64,000 nucleotides of DNA, from NCBI RefSeq assembly GCF_009914755.1, contig NC_060938.1. One strand, given 5' to 3'. Source of the stretch: the human T2T-CHM13v2.0 reference genome, Homo sapiens. The notes beneath the pieces are model-generated. The model worked only from the letters and a program-made list of their open reading frames with translations. It had not been told where the DNA came from and ran no database searches. Each line of letters begins with the position of its first letter. The first letter of the stretch is position 1. This document shows positions 26,283 through 40,110 of this stretch, piece after piece. The position numbers were made by a program, and so were the translations under genes.

Positions 26283-28004
26283 TCAACTGTATTTCTATAC
26301 CCCAGCAATGAACAATCCAAACATGAAATTAAGAAAACAATTCCATTTATAAAAGCATCAAAAAGAAATAAATTTAAAAAATAAGTGTAAGACTTAAACA
26401 CTGAAAACTGCAAAATACCATTGAAAGAAATTAAAGAAGACTTCAATAAATGGAAAGACACACAAGGCTCATTAATAGGAGATTTAATATTGTTAAGTGG
26501 GCAATACTCCCAAATTGATCTATAGACTCAATATGATAGCCATCAAAACTACAGCTTTTTCTTTGCAGGAAATGACAAGCTGGTCCTAAAATTCCTATGA
26601 AAATGCAAGAGACTCAGGACCACTAAAATATCTGGAAAAAGAAAAACAAAGTTGGAGGACTCACACTTCCTCAATACGAAACTTACTACAAAGCTACAGT
26701 AATTGAGGCAATGTGGTACCAGCCTAAGGACAGACATACAGATCAATGGAATAGAACAGAGAATCTGGAAATAAACTTGTGCATCTATGCTCAACTGATT
26801 TTCTACAAGGGTGCCAAGACAATTCAAGGGGCGGAAAGAATATTCGTTTCAACAAATGGTGCTTGGACAACTGGATATTCACATGCAAAAGAATGAAGAT
26901 GGAACCCTACTTCACATCGTATACAAAATTAATTCAAAACTGATCATGATCTCATTATAACAGCTAGAACTACAAAACTTTAAAAGAAAACATAGATGTG
27001 AACCTTCATGACCGTGCATTAGGCAATGGCTTCTTAGACAGGACACTAAAAGCAAAAGCAACCCAAGGAAAAATAGAATTGGGCATCATCAAAATTTAAA
27101 ATGTTTTGCTTCAAAGAGCACTATAAAGAAAACATAAAGACAACCCACAGAATGGGGGAAATATTTGCAAATCATGAGAAGCGTCTAGTATCCGAAATAT
27201 ATAAAACACTATCAACAACTGAACAATTAAAAAGATATCTCTATTTAAAAATGGGCAAAGGATTTGAATAGAAAGTTCTCAAAACAAGACATATAAATGG
27301 CCAATAAGCACCTTATTAGCCATCGGGGAAATGCAAATCAAAACCACAATGAGACACCACTTTACACCTACCAGGATGACTATAATAAAAGAGACCAAAA
27401 ATAACAAGTGTTGCTGAGGGTATGGAAAAAATTCCAACCCTCATACATTGCTGGTGGGAATAGAGAAATGGTACAGAAGCTTGGGAAACAGTCTGGCAGT
27501 TTTTCAAACAGTTAAACAGAGTGACCATATGATCCAGCAATTCCACTTCTTATACCCAAGAGAATGGAAACATATGTCCGCATAAAATCCTAAAAATGGT
27601 TCACAGCAGCATTACTCATCATAGTCCAAATGGGGCAACAATCCAGAAGTCCATCAACTGCAGAAGGAATAAACAAAATGTGACCTACCCATACAATGGA
27701 ATATTATTCAGCCATGAAAAGGAACAAAGTATTGAGACATGCTACAACATGGAAGAACCATAAAAACACTGGGCTAAGTGGAAGAAGCCAGACACAGAAG
27801 ACCACATACTGTAAGATTCCATTTATCTGAAATGTCCAGAACACGCACATCCATGGAGACAAAAAAAGAGATTAATGGTTGACAGGAGCTGGGGAAGGAA
27901 GGAACTGGGAGGGACTGCAAATGGGTACATTCCTTTGGGGGTGATGAAAATGTTCTAGAATTAGTAGTGATGACCGCACAATTTTGTGAATATAATCAAA
28001 ACTA

Positions 28005-28370
<366 letters not shown>

Positions 28371-29104
28371 TTAAGGGGAAAAAAAACCTAGTAGCAGTAG
28401 CTGTCATCCAGAGTGCTTGCCCTCTGCAGGACACTGGGCTAAGTAAATGCTTCACAACCACGGTCTCCTCCAGTCCTCCCTACACACGCATTGAGTCTTG
28501 TTCCTCATCCCCACTGGGTCTGAGGTGAAGTCAGAGAAGGAACAAGGGGAGCCCATCTTCCTCCAGAGATGTCTGGAGTCCAGACGAAATGCAAGAACAA
28601 GACATTTTCAAAGAATGGGCCACATCCAGCATCAGGCCAGACACCCCCACCCTTCTGAAATCCCAGGCTCTGTTAAGACAGCAGCCTAGGTGGGAGCAGG
28701 AATTGGGTGGCCAGGAAAGGTCTGCACGGTCATTCTTGTTCATTCGTCCCAGGCTGGAGCTTGCTGACCACACTCTGAGCGGCAGACACACCGGCTGCCT
28801 GGACCACTCCTGCTCTGGCGTGGGGTGGGGACTCAACTGAGACTCGCCCAGCCACACTGCTAGGATGAGCTCGTATTCCAAGCTTGGGCACCAGCCTTTG
28901 CTGAAGGCAGTCTTGAGCCCACAGAGCACATGCTGGGAAGGACCCCATCTCTCAGTGGACACAGACTGTTTTGCATCCCGAGCTGCCCCCGCTCGGGTTG
29001 CTGGGCATGACAGGCTGCTATGTCTGCACCGCTTGAGTCAGTTTCTGGTAGCCAAAAGCATCCCGACACACCCATGAAGTGAGAGTAAATAAGAAACGTA
29101 GAGT

Positions 29105-29430
29105 ACTACTGTTCCAATAACCATTCACCAACAGAAAAACATGTTGAGCCTCTACTAGATGCCAGGAGCTAACAATATAGTAATAAATAAAACAGAGGCA
29201 TCCCTGTCCTCGAGGAGCTTACATTCTAGTGGAAGGGACCCAGACAATAATCCAGAGAGATAAATGAAATGTATAGCTGGCCGGAGCTGGCAGGGAAACA
29301 TTAACCACAAAATGGGGGTGCCGGCAGAGGTGGGGTATGCGATTTGAACAACATGGTGAGGGGCACCTTCCAAAGACTGGGGGGGTGGGGAGGCGCCAAC
29401 GAGGCACAGGGAACAGCCGGTGCAAAGGCC
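29105..29430 (-). mobile_element. L2 3' fragment
   Basis: cattcaccaaca...ttgagcctctactagatgccagg...ccctgtcctcgaggagcttacattctagtgg...gggaacagccggtgcaaaggccc. Confidence 0.7.
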
Positions 29431-30579
29431 CAACCTGCTGCTCTTAGGATGTATGAACTGGACCCAACCTGAGAACGCTCCAGCTGAGTGGGAGGCTGGG
29501 AAGGAACCAGGCCCAGCTGTCTTCACTGGCAGGTGGCGCCCAGGTGCACCCCCACCATCTCAGTACCAGCAGACAAGCCCCTTCTGCCTGCCTGAGGGAC
29601 AGCGACAGCAGGGGTTCCTCCCTCTCGATCACGAGAAGCTCGCAGTGGTGGCGCCAGCAGCTCTTCTCCCAGAATAGAGACAGAATGAAGACTTGGGAAG
29701 TCAGAGCGGGGAGCCCGGGAGGCTATTTCTGGTTCCCTGAAAAAGGCGACTGTTGCTTATTTCTCTGCCATCCTTATTTTTGGATGGGAGGTGGAATGAG
29801 GCTTTCTTTGGTTGGATGGTGGGTTGTGTTCTTTTGAGAGCGAATATCAGCCCCTGGGAAACGGAAATGCTCCCGTCTTCCCTCTCTGCCTTTCCAAATC
29901 AGACACCATGAAGCGGGAGGGCACGTGGAGATGGGCAAGTCCCAGCCACAGGCTTCCACAAGTCCAGAAAGGGGAAGGAACTAGTTCAAGGCCACACGAG
30001 TTACCAGCAGAGCCAGAAAAAGGCTGGCCTCCCGCGTCACACCTCATTACCCATCCACTCCACCAGGTGACCTTTCCCTCATCCGACCGGTAGCAGCTAC
30101 AGAACTTACAAGAAAACAAAAGTTCAGTGACAAACAGGTGGACCCGAGAGGACAACAGGGGTGGAGGGAGGAGGAAATGAGCACCTGAAGGGGCAGTTTT
30201 GAAGCCAGCCAGCCCGACGCTGGACCTGGGGCAAACTTCCACTAGCTGAAACCTTGGGCACACGACTTAACTCTGCTGAGCCTTGCTTTCCTCTCTATAA
30301 AATGGGAGTGTTGCTTCCCTAGAGAGCTGCTGGGAGGCCTGGCACACGACAGGCACCCAGCGGGGGATGCCCTCAGGGGAGGAGGCAGGTGTCAAACAGT
30401 GGTTACTGGTCCACATCCCAGGGCGCCCCTGCACGTGGGAGACCCCAGCTATGTGTGCCTCCGACACCGGCTCTTAGAGCTGCGCTCAGTCCTGCTTCCT
30501 GGGCCACTCCCGGTTCCTAGGGGCCCATATTATATGGCAGGAAACTGGGGCAAGAGGGGCCCCATTGTGTTGCTGATAG

Positions 30580-30924
<345 letters not shown>

Positions 30925-32203
30925 TTACAGCATCTTTTGAAAGTGGGGGTTGGAGTGAAACCCACCCCCGGACTTCTCAGGCCCCAGGGCAGCTATCTCA
31001 GCCCCACACGCCCTTTCTTTCCCCTCCCAGCACCAACCCATGGCCTGGAAGACTCCTGCTTATCCTCCAACATGGGTCAGGCACCCTCTTCCTGCTCACC
31101 TGGGAGCAGCCCCCTTGCTGTGCCACCCAAGGGCCCCACGCTGCTCATCTTGGCCAACTAATGAAGCATCCACCTCCCCCACCCGACTGGGCACTCTGCA
31201 GGATCCACAGAGGACCTGGGCTGTCTGGGTTTTAATCCTGGCTCCATCTTATATCAGCCGTATGACCCTGGCCAAGAAATTTTGCTTTGTTTTGTCTCAG
31301 TTACCTCACTATGCCTCAGTTTCCTTGCTGTAAAATGAGGACTAGAACAGCATCTGGTTCAGAGGGCTACTACCCCTCCCCCACTCATCGTCGTGGTCCC
31401 ACTGCCCTCACTCAGAGGTGGCCAGCATCCAGCAGATGCTGAGGATGGGCCTCATGTTTAAACCCTGGCACTAGCAGGTGTGCATGAAAAACTCGCCGTA
31501 CTATTGTCGTCATCACCTGGACCGTCATACGCAAGGTCTGCTGGGGAGGGTCCAAGAAGTAGGTCAAATGTCAGTAACACGCCAAGGAACAGGGGCACCC
31601 AGCACTGATGCCACAATGCCCAGGGCCAGGGAAGCCAGGGACACTGCAGGGAGGAAGCTGTCATGGCAGGGAAAGCCCAGGAAGCAAAAGGAGGGCCAGC
31701 CCAGTTGCCATGACTGGGACCGCCAATGCTCTGATCTGATATCTGTAAACTAGGCCAGTGATGCCGCCCACCTCCCGGGGTGGTTGCAGGGACGCGGTGA
31801 GGCCACGCCCATGAGGGGCATTCGGAATGACTGAGAATCGTATTGTCCAGCCCTGTTTCCATGGATGCCCACCCTCCTCGGGGTGCCTGGTACCCACCAG
31901 CACAGCACCCCCAGCCTGCTCTGGCCTGCCCTCCTGGGACACTGATGGAACAAGGGCTGTGGCCCAGCACCGCGACCTCTTCCCAGCTCCTGGAATCGAT
32001 GTTCCTGAAGTCTGTTAATCCAGGAAGCCCCTTGTTGGTCCCCTCACTCCATAATCATCATCTCCACACACAAGATCCTCTGCCCACAAACCACCGTCCT
32101 ACAGCTCTCACCTGTACTGAGACAGCTCCCAGCAAGGCGTCCATGCCCCGCGAGTGAAGCCCACAGCCTTTCCAGGCCTCCGCAGCCTGACTCTGTACCT
32201 TCC

Positions 32204-32558
32204 TGTGATGGGCTGAGCGCTGTTTCCAAGTTGATATTGAAGCCCCAATCCCCATGCCTGAGAACGGGACTGCACTGGGAGATAGGGTCTTTAAAGAGGT
32301 AAAATGAAGTCAGTAGAGTGGGTCCTAATCCAATAGGACTGGTGTCCTTATAAGGAGATTAGGACGCAGACACACACAGGGGAAGACCATGTGCAGACGT
32401 GGGGAGATGAGGGCCATCCGCAGGCCAAGGAGGGAGGCCTCAGAAGAAGCTAACTCTGCCAACACTAAGATCTGAGACTTCTGCCTCCAGAACTGGGAGG
32501 CAGTGCATTGCTGTTGTTTAAATGCAGCACTGTCATGCAGCCCACGCAAATGAATATA
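32204..32558 (+). mobile_element. MLT1B-type MaLR solo LTR
   Basis: tgtgatgggctga...gagatagggtctttaaagagg...ctaatccaataggactggtgtccttataag...gaggcctcagaagaa...cctccagaactg. Confidence 0.82.
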
Positions 32559-32570
32559 CTTCCCAACTCT

Positions 32571-32877
32571 TTTGTTTGTTTGTTTATTTGTTTTTCTGAG
32601 ACAGAGTCTCACTCTGTCACCCAGGTTGGAGTGCAGAGGCATCGTGATCTCAGCTCACTGCAACCTCCCCCTCCCGGTTCAAGCAATTCTCCTGCCTCAG
32701 CCTCCCAAGTAGCTGGGATTACAGGAACACGCCACCATGCCTGGCTAATTTTTTTGTCTTTAGTAGAGACGGGGTTTTGCCATGTTGGCCAGGCTGGTCT
32801 TGAACTCCGGACCTCAAGTGATCTGCCCGCCTCGGCCTCCAAAAGTGTTGGGATTACAGGCATGAGCCACCGCGCCC
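32571..32877 (-). mobile_element. AluS SINE
   Basis: (tttg)n head and full dimer; flanking cccaactctt repeat. Confidence 0.93.
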
Positions 32878-35486
32878 AACTCTTCTCTGACCGCACAACC
32901 CAAGATCGTTCCCAGCCAAACCCTTGTGCCAGGTGGATATACTGTCCCCACTATATCTCTGGGATGGTCCCCGTTCCATGCCTCACTTGGCAACACCTGC
33001 TCTTCCAAGCATCACAGAATCCCAGCTGTTCTGCAGAGCCCCCAAGAACACGCTGTCCCATGCTGCTGCCTCGAGTGGCATTCACCCTGCAACTCCTACC
33101 CACAGTCACGTCTTTCTAGTACTTTTTCTGGCACTGCTACCGAGTTTTGTTGTTTACCTCTTGTACGCTATTAAATTTTCATATATGGGTTCTGATTCAG
33201 TAACTAGGCAGTATGTTCCTTGGGGACAGGAGAAGGCAGGCCTCAGTAAGAACCATCTCTCTGGCACATGTGCACGTGTGAAGATAAGTTGATGGATGGG
33301 ATAAGTGAGCCGTAAGCACTGGAAACAAAAGGAGGAGGGAAGCCCAGTGTTGGCACAGCCTGCAAAGGAAGGAGGAGGGGCCTGCAATCTCCCGCCTGGC
33401 CACCCTGTGGCGCTGTGGGTCTGGAACAGCCTTGAAGATGGCTGTGGCAGGACTGGAAAGAGCCTGGCCGGCCCATCTGTAAGTTCAAGTGCTCTGGACT
33501 CATTCAGGCCCTGGACTCATCCAAAGTCACCTTCCCTCTGTGGTTATGCAGTTAGGGGGCGGGAGTCACATGCTCTTGAATTCTAGACAGGGAAGATGTT
33601 CTGTGCATCCGGGTGAACCAAGTTCCAGCCTGACAGCAGCTCTGGAAACAACCCAAATGGCTTTTTGGCCAGCGATGACGATGGCAGCCACCCAGTAACA
33701 CCCACAGTCAACTCACAGGCACGTGGGTGGGAGGGCCGCACAGGCCTGAGCCAGGAGGGGGATGCCAGGAAGGGCCCGGGTGAGAGGCCCCGGGATGCAA
33801 GCGACAGAGAGACAGAGGTGGTCCCAATCTGAAGGGACTTAGAGCCAGAAGAGAGGGGCTGGATGCACCCTCACCACCACAGCACAAGGTCCTGTCCACG
33901 TGGCCTGGCTGGAGGGCTCCAGGCATTCCATCCTAGAAAGCCATGTGCCTTGCCCGCAGGCAGGGCCCCTCCATGCCCCTCTGGGGTGCCTGACTGCCTA
34001 GGCCCCCACCCTGCCCTCCTGCAGATTGGCAGAGCACCAGATCCCTCTGGCTATGCTGAGGAGCTGCCCTTGCCCTGTGCCTCCAGGGTACATCCCTAAC
34101 ACCTCCGAACTGTCCCTCTCGCTTAGGATGAGTGACTCATCTCTCCCTGAAGTTGGGGGCCCCTGGAGGGTGGGGCCCCTGCAGGGGCTGGCACTGAGCA
34201 GGGCTGGATTTGTAGGGGATTTGGGCGCTTCCGAAAGGATGGAAACAATTGGATGGCAGTGACATCATCGTGTGTTAAAGGTCTATGAACAGTCCTGGAT
34301 GAGATAAAACTGGAATGACATGTTGTGTTTTGTTTGTGAAGACATTAAAAGTTCCAGATCCTGAAGCTGGCATGCCCTGGGGATGCAGGACAAACAGCCT
34401 GGCTCCTGGAAGCCACCTGAAAATCTATGACAGCCCTGCCTGGCTCCTAGGAGCAGTGGACCCTCAGCCTCGCAGCCCCTTGTAGCTAATGCAGCAACCT
34501 CAAGGGCCTTGGGCAGGCCAGGCATGTGCAGCGATGCATACATGTAGGACACAGAGCTACGAGCCCAGGTTCCAATCCAAGGTGCACAGTCTCAGGAGCT
34601 CCCCAGGAGCTAGCATCTCTCATGGGCATCGGGCGTAAGGACACAGTGGCCCTCTCAGGTGCCCTCGTGGGACAAGGGAGGAGAGAAGGCACTTCCCGTG
34701 CTGCTTAGGCACTGAGGAACTCAGAGCTGAAGGCACTCAAGGCCAATGGCAAAAGGCCCATGGGGCCTGGGTCACTGAAAGGCGCCTGGAGTGAGTCTTC
34801 CCCAGCAGGACTGGGTGCTGCCCAGCCGTCCGGTTCACTGAGGAAAGGAAGGGTCACATGAGGACTGTGGTCACAGGAGGAGCGGGGGTGTGAGAGAAGG
34901 CCAGGCCCTTGCCACATGGACTAAGCAGTGACTTCACAGCTTCAGGGCACAGGGGCTAGGGCAGGACTGTGTCTCCTCCCTTGGACCCACCATGAGGAGA
35001 GGGTAGGGAAGTGGCATCTCCTGAGTGTTGGCATGCCTCATGCTGTTGCGAGGGGGCAAGGGAGAACTCGGGAGGTGTGACCTGTAAAGCCCAGCCTAAG
35101 GCTGAGCCGCTGCTCCATGCTCCCCAACGGCTCCCATGGCCTTCGGAATCAGGTCCAGACTCCTTGCCAGCCTTGAAGTCCTCCATGGCCAAGGGCCTGC
35201 CTATGCCTCCCTCCTCCCAAGCTCTGGGCAAAATGAGCCTTGCTCGGTTTCTCAATCAAGCTCCGCCACAGGGTGCAGGCTCAGTGCCCCAGGCAGTGCC
35301 CCTGACCCAGTACCCAGTTCCTCCGACATTAAGGCTTCTTGGGTGCCCCTGCCCCAGTACGCAGTTCCTTCCTCCCTGATGGAGGCAGATGAGGCAGGAG
35401 GCTCGGTGGGAGCAGGGACTATGCCTGCCTTGCTCATCTCTGTGTGCCTGGGACCTGCCCTAGAGCCTAGAACACAGCAGGCCTGC

Positions 35487-36235
35487 CATGGTGGGACGCT
35501 TAATTCTTGTCAGCTTGACTGGGCCACAGGGTTCCCACATATTTGGTTAACATTGTTCTCCGTGTACCTGAATGAGATTAGCATTTGAATTGGTAAACTG
35601 AGTCAAGCAGACTACTTTCCCCAATGTGGGTGGAGCCTGTCCAATCAGTCAAAGGCCTGAATAGAACAAAAGGAAGGGTAAGAAAGAATTCACTCACTTG
35701 GCCTCCCTGTTCAAGCTGGGACATCAGTCTCCTGCAGTAGAACCATAAATTATAGCATCAGCTCTCCTGGTCCTCAGGCCTTTGGACTTGGACTATGATA
35801 TGGTTTGGCTGTGTCCCCACCCAAATCTCATCATCCCCATGTCATGGGAGGGAGCCGGTGGGAGGTAATTGAATCATGGAGGCGGTTACTTCCATGCTGT
35901 CTCATGATAGTCAGTTCCCACAAGATCTGATGGCTTTATAAGGGGCTCCCCCCATGCTCCCCTGCTTCATTCTGCACTTCTCCTTGCTGCTGCCATGTGA
36001 AGAAGGGCATGTTTGCTTCCCCTTCCACCATGATTGTAAGTTTCCTAAGGCCTCCCTGGCCCTGCAAACTGTGAGTCAATTAAACCTCTTTCCTTTATAA
36101 ATGACACAGTCTTGGGTATGTCCTTATAGCAGTGTGAGAATGACCTAATACAGACTATAACTTACACCACCAGCTCTCCTAGGTCTCAAGTCTCCAGTTA
36201 GCAGATAGCAGATTGTGGGACTTCTCAGTCTCTAT
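35487..36235 (+). mobile_element. MLT2-type (ERVL) LTR, split by a THE1 LTR
   Basis: tgtcagcttgactgggcca...gagattagcatttgaattggtaaactgagt...aaggcctgaatagaacaaaagg. Resumes after 36157 with cttacaccaccagctctcc...gattgtgggacttctcag. Confidence 0.78.
35796..36152 (+). mobile_element. THE1C/D-type MaLR solo LTR with perfect 5-bp TSD
   Basis: Starts tgatatggtttggctgtgtccccacccaaatctcatc and ends ctaataca. TSD gacta at 35791-35795 and 36153-36157. Confidence 0.93.
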
Positions 36236-37476
36236 TTCTTACATGCTTCTTTCCATTATGAAGTAGACCCTAAATGCTGTTCCCTTGAATGTGAACTGGC
36301 CCTAGAGCCTCACAGATAAATAGAATATGGACTCTGGAAGCAAGGCCAGAGAGGCTGTCTTTCTCGGGACACACCCCTGGGTCCCTGAGCTGCCAAGTCA
36401 GTAGTCTGGCTACTCTGTCACCATCATGCTAAACTGCCATGCAAGACTGCATGGGAGAACCACCCAGCTGAGCCCAGCCAAGCTGCAGATTCATGAGCAC
36501 AAGAAACACCATTATCATTTTGGATTTCCATCTAACAGACAACCAAAATGAAGGCTCATAGAGATGACATGTGTTGGGCACTTAACACAGCATATGCAGG
36601 GCTTAATGTCAACAATAACCAGACAAGCAATGCAGTGTGCTCTGCGCCATCAACAAGCACTTGCAGGCATCAACTTGTGTCATCTTTATAGCAATGCCAT
36701 AGCACGGATCACTATCACCACTCCATTTTGCATGTGAGAAGCAGAGGCCCTGAGTTGGTTGCACGTTCAAGATCAAAGCCAGCATGTGGCGGGAAAGAAT
36801 ACCCTTGACTGCTGGGCAAACCACTGCATAATAGCCTTTGTCACTGGTCTCCAGTCTCATCATTCCCACTTAAGAACACTGAGTCTGGAAAGAGTTAAGG
36901 AAGGCTCCTTTCCCACTTCAGGGACCAGGAAACAGAGGCACTGGGCCAGCTGTGCTTCCCAAACACTGTAGCCAGTCCCAGAAGCTGCCTGGCTGAATGC
37001 TCCATACTGTGTGAACTTGAGACGGTTACTTCACCTTTTGGTGCCTTCATTTCCTGATCTGTAAAATGGCAATAAGAGCAGTCCTGCTCATAGGATTGCT
37101 GTAAGGATCAAACAGGTTAACACACAAAGCACTTAAAACAGAAACCAGCATGCAGAAGACACCAAGTGTCAGATCCCAACATCCTGTCCATCATTATCGT
37201 CATCATCATCACTGGTATTACTATTTGAAGGTCTGCCATTTAAAACCATCCAAGATCACCTTACAGAGCCTATCACTGCTCTGCAGTCTGACATGGCCCT
37301 GGGGGAGGCAGGGGAGAAAGAAGAGTAGAGAATACTGGAGGAGTGACATGTTTGCTTCCTCCTGCCCAAAGATGGAACTCTTGACCCTTAGGCATTAAGG
37401 AAGGTGCAGCCTTCTCGTCCATCTACCTACCATGACAGAACTCGAACTCAGATCAGCAGCAAACTTCTAAGCCAGC

Positions 37477-40110
37477 CGACGTGGTTTGGCTCTCTGTCTG
37501 CACCCAAATCTCATGTTGAATTGTAATTCCCAGCATCGGGGGAGGACCTGGTGAAAGGTGACTAGATCATGGGGGTGGATTTCCCCCTCGCTGTTCTCAT
37601 GACATGAGTGAGTTCTCTCGAGATCTGGTTGCTTAAAAGGGTGTAGCACTTCATCCTTCTTTCTCTCTGTCTTGTCACCATGTGAAGGTGTGCCTGCTTC
37701 CCTTTCACCTTCCACCATCATTGTAAGTTTCCTGAGGCCTCACCAGCCATGCCTTCTGTATAGCCTGTGGAACCGGGAGTCAACTAAAACTCTTTTCTTC
37801 ATAAATTACCCAGTCACAGGTAGTTCTTTATAGCAATGTTAAGAACAAACTAATACAGAAAAATGGTACCAGAGAAGTGGGGCACTGCTATAAGGATATC
37901 TGAAAATGTGGAAGCAACTTTGGAACTAGATAACGGGCAGAGTTTGGAACAGTTTGGAGGGCTCAGAAGAAGATAGGAAGGTGAGGGAAAGTTTGGAACT
38001 TCCCAGAGACTTGTGGAATGGTTGTGACCAAAATGCTGATAGTGCTATGAACAGTGAAGTCCAGGCTGAGTAGGTCTCAGATGGAGATGAGGAACTTACT
38101 GGAAACTGGAGTAAATGACATTCTTCTTATGCTTTAGCAAAGAGACTGGCATATTGTGTCCCTGCTCTAGAGATCTGTGGAACTTTGAACTTGAGAGAGA
38201 TGGTTTAGGGTATCTGGTGGAAGAAATTTCTAAGTAACAAAGCATTCAAGACGTGGACTGGCTGCTTCTAAAAGCCTATGCTCATCTGCAAAAACAAAGA
38301 AATGACCAGAAACTAGAACTTATATTTAAAAGGGAAGCAGAGCATAAAAGTGAAAAATTTGCAGGCTGACCACGTGGTAGAAAAGAAAAACCCATTTTCT
38401 GAGGAGGAACTCAAAGCTGCAGAAATTTGCATAAGAAGCCCTGAAGGCTAATAGCCAAGACAATAGGGGAAAATGCCTCCAGGGCATTTCAGAGACCTTC
38501 ACAGCAGTCCCTCCCATCACAGGCCAGGAGGTCTAGAAGGGAAAAATTGTTTTGTGGGCTGGGCTCAGGGCCCTGCTGCTCCATGCAGCCTCAGGACATG
38601 GCATCCTGCATCCCAGCTGCTCCAGCTCCAGCAGTGGCTAAAAGGGGCCAAGGTACAGCTTCAGAGGGTGCAATCCCCAAGCCTTGGTGGCTTCCACATG
38701 GTGTTGGGCCTGCAGGTGTGCTGAAGGCAAGATTTTAGCCTCTGCCTAGATTTCAGAGGATGTATGGAAACACCTGGATGTCCAGACAGAAGTCTGCTGC
38801 AAGGGTGGAGCCCTCATGGAAAACCTCTGCTAGGGCAGTGCAGAGAGTAAATGTGATGTTAGAGACCCCACAGGAGCACTGCCTAGGGGAGCTGTGAGAA
38901 GAGAGCCACCATCCTCCAGATCCCAGAATGACAGATCCACCGAGAGCTTATACTGTGTCCCTGGAAAAGCTGTAGGTACTCAGTGTCAGCCCACGAAAGC
39001 AGCTGTGAGGGCTGTACCCTGCAGAGCCACAGGGGTGGAGCTGCCCAAGTCTTGTGAGCCCATCCTTTGCATCAGTGTGGCCTGGATGTGAGACATGGAG
39101 TCAAAGGACATTATTTTGGAGCTTTAAGATTTAATGACTGCCCTGCTGGGTTTTGGACTTGCATGGGGACTGCAGTCCCTGTAGTTCTTGTTTGGGCTAA
39201 TTTCTCCCTCTTGGAATTGGGTCTGTTTAACCAATGACTGTACCCTCATTGTATCTTGGAAGTAACTAACTTGTTTTTGATTTTACAGGCTTATAGGCAG
39301 AAGGGACTTGCCTTGTCTCAGATGAGACTTTGGACTGGGACTTTTGAGTTAATGCTGGAATGAGTTAAGACTTTGGGGGGCTGTTGGGAAGGCATGATTG
39401 TGTTTTGAAATGTGAGAAGGACATGAGGTTTGGGAGGGGCCAGGGTGGAATGATATGGTTTGGCTCTGTGTCCCCACCCAAATCTCATGTCAAATTGTAA
39501 TTCCCAATTTGGGGGAGGGACCTGGTGGGAGGTGATTGGATCATGGAAGCAGATTTCCCTCTAGCTGTTCATGTGATAGTAAGTTCTCATGAAATCTAGC
39601 ATGTCGCACTTCCCCTTTTGCTCTGTTTCTCTCTCCTGCTGCCACGTAAAGACATGCCTACTTCCCCTTTGCCTTCCGCCATGATTGTAAGTTTCCTGAG
39701 GCCTCCCTGGCCATATTTTTTGTACAGCCTGCAAAACCGTGAGTCAATTAAACCTCTTCATAATTTCTTCATAAATTACCCACTCTCAGGTAGGTTTTTT
39801 TTAATCCCTTTTTTTTTTTTGGAGACAGAGTCTCACTCTGTCACTCAGGCTGGTATGCAGTGTGTGATCTCAGCTCACTGCAGCCTCAGCCTCCTAAGTA
39901 GCTGTGATTACAGGCGCACATCACCACGCCTGGCTAATTTTTGTATTTTTAGTAGAGACGGGGTTTTCCCATGTTGGCCAGGCTGGTCTGGAACTCCTGA
40001 CGTCAAACGATCCACCCGCCTCAGCCTCTCAAAGTGCTGGGTTTACAGGTGTGAGCCACCATGACAGGCCTCAAGTAGTTATTTATAGCAGTGTGATAAC
40101 AGACTATACA
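37477..40110 (+). mobile_element. Complete MSTA-type MaLR provirus: 5' LTR 37477-37857, internal 37858-39450, 3' LTR 39451-40110 (Alu-interrupted)
   Basis: Two homologous LTRs. MaLR internal start gaaaaatggtaccagagaagtgggg; polypurine tract gggaggggccagggtggaa before the 3' LTR; TSD ccagc at 37472-37476 and 40111-40115. Confidence 0.92.
39795..40070 (-). mobile_element. AluS SINE with 32-bp internal deletion, inserted in the MSTA 3' LTR
   Basis: Flanked by ctcaggtagg / ctcaagtagt. Reads ctcactgcagcctc|agcctcc, lacking the ggttcaagcgattctcctg segment. Confidence 0.9.

Noticed and set aside
32508-33119. Longest ORF in the window (203 aa)
   Set aside because: Mostly antisense Alu translation plus an LTR end; a typical Alu artefact.
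38326-39091. ORFs in the MSTA internal region
   Set aside because: Short, frame-broken remnants of the MaLR internal sequence, not an intact gene.
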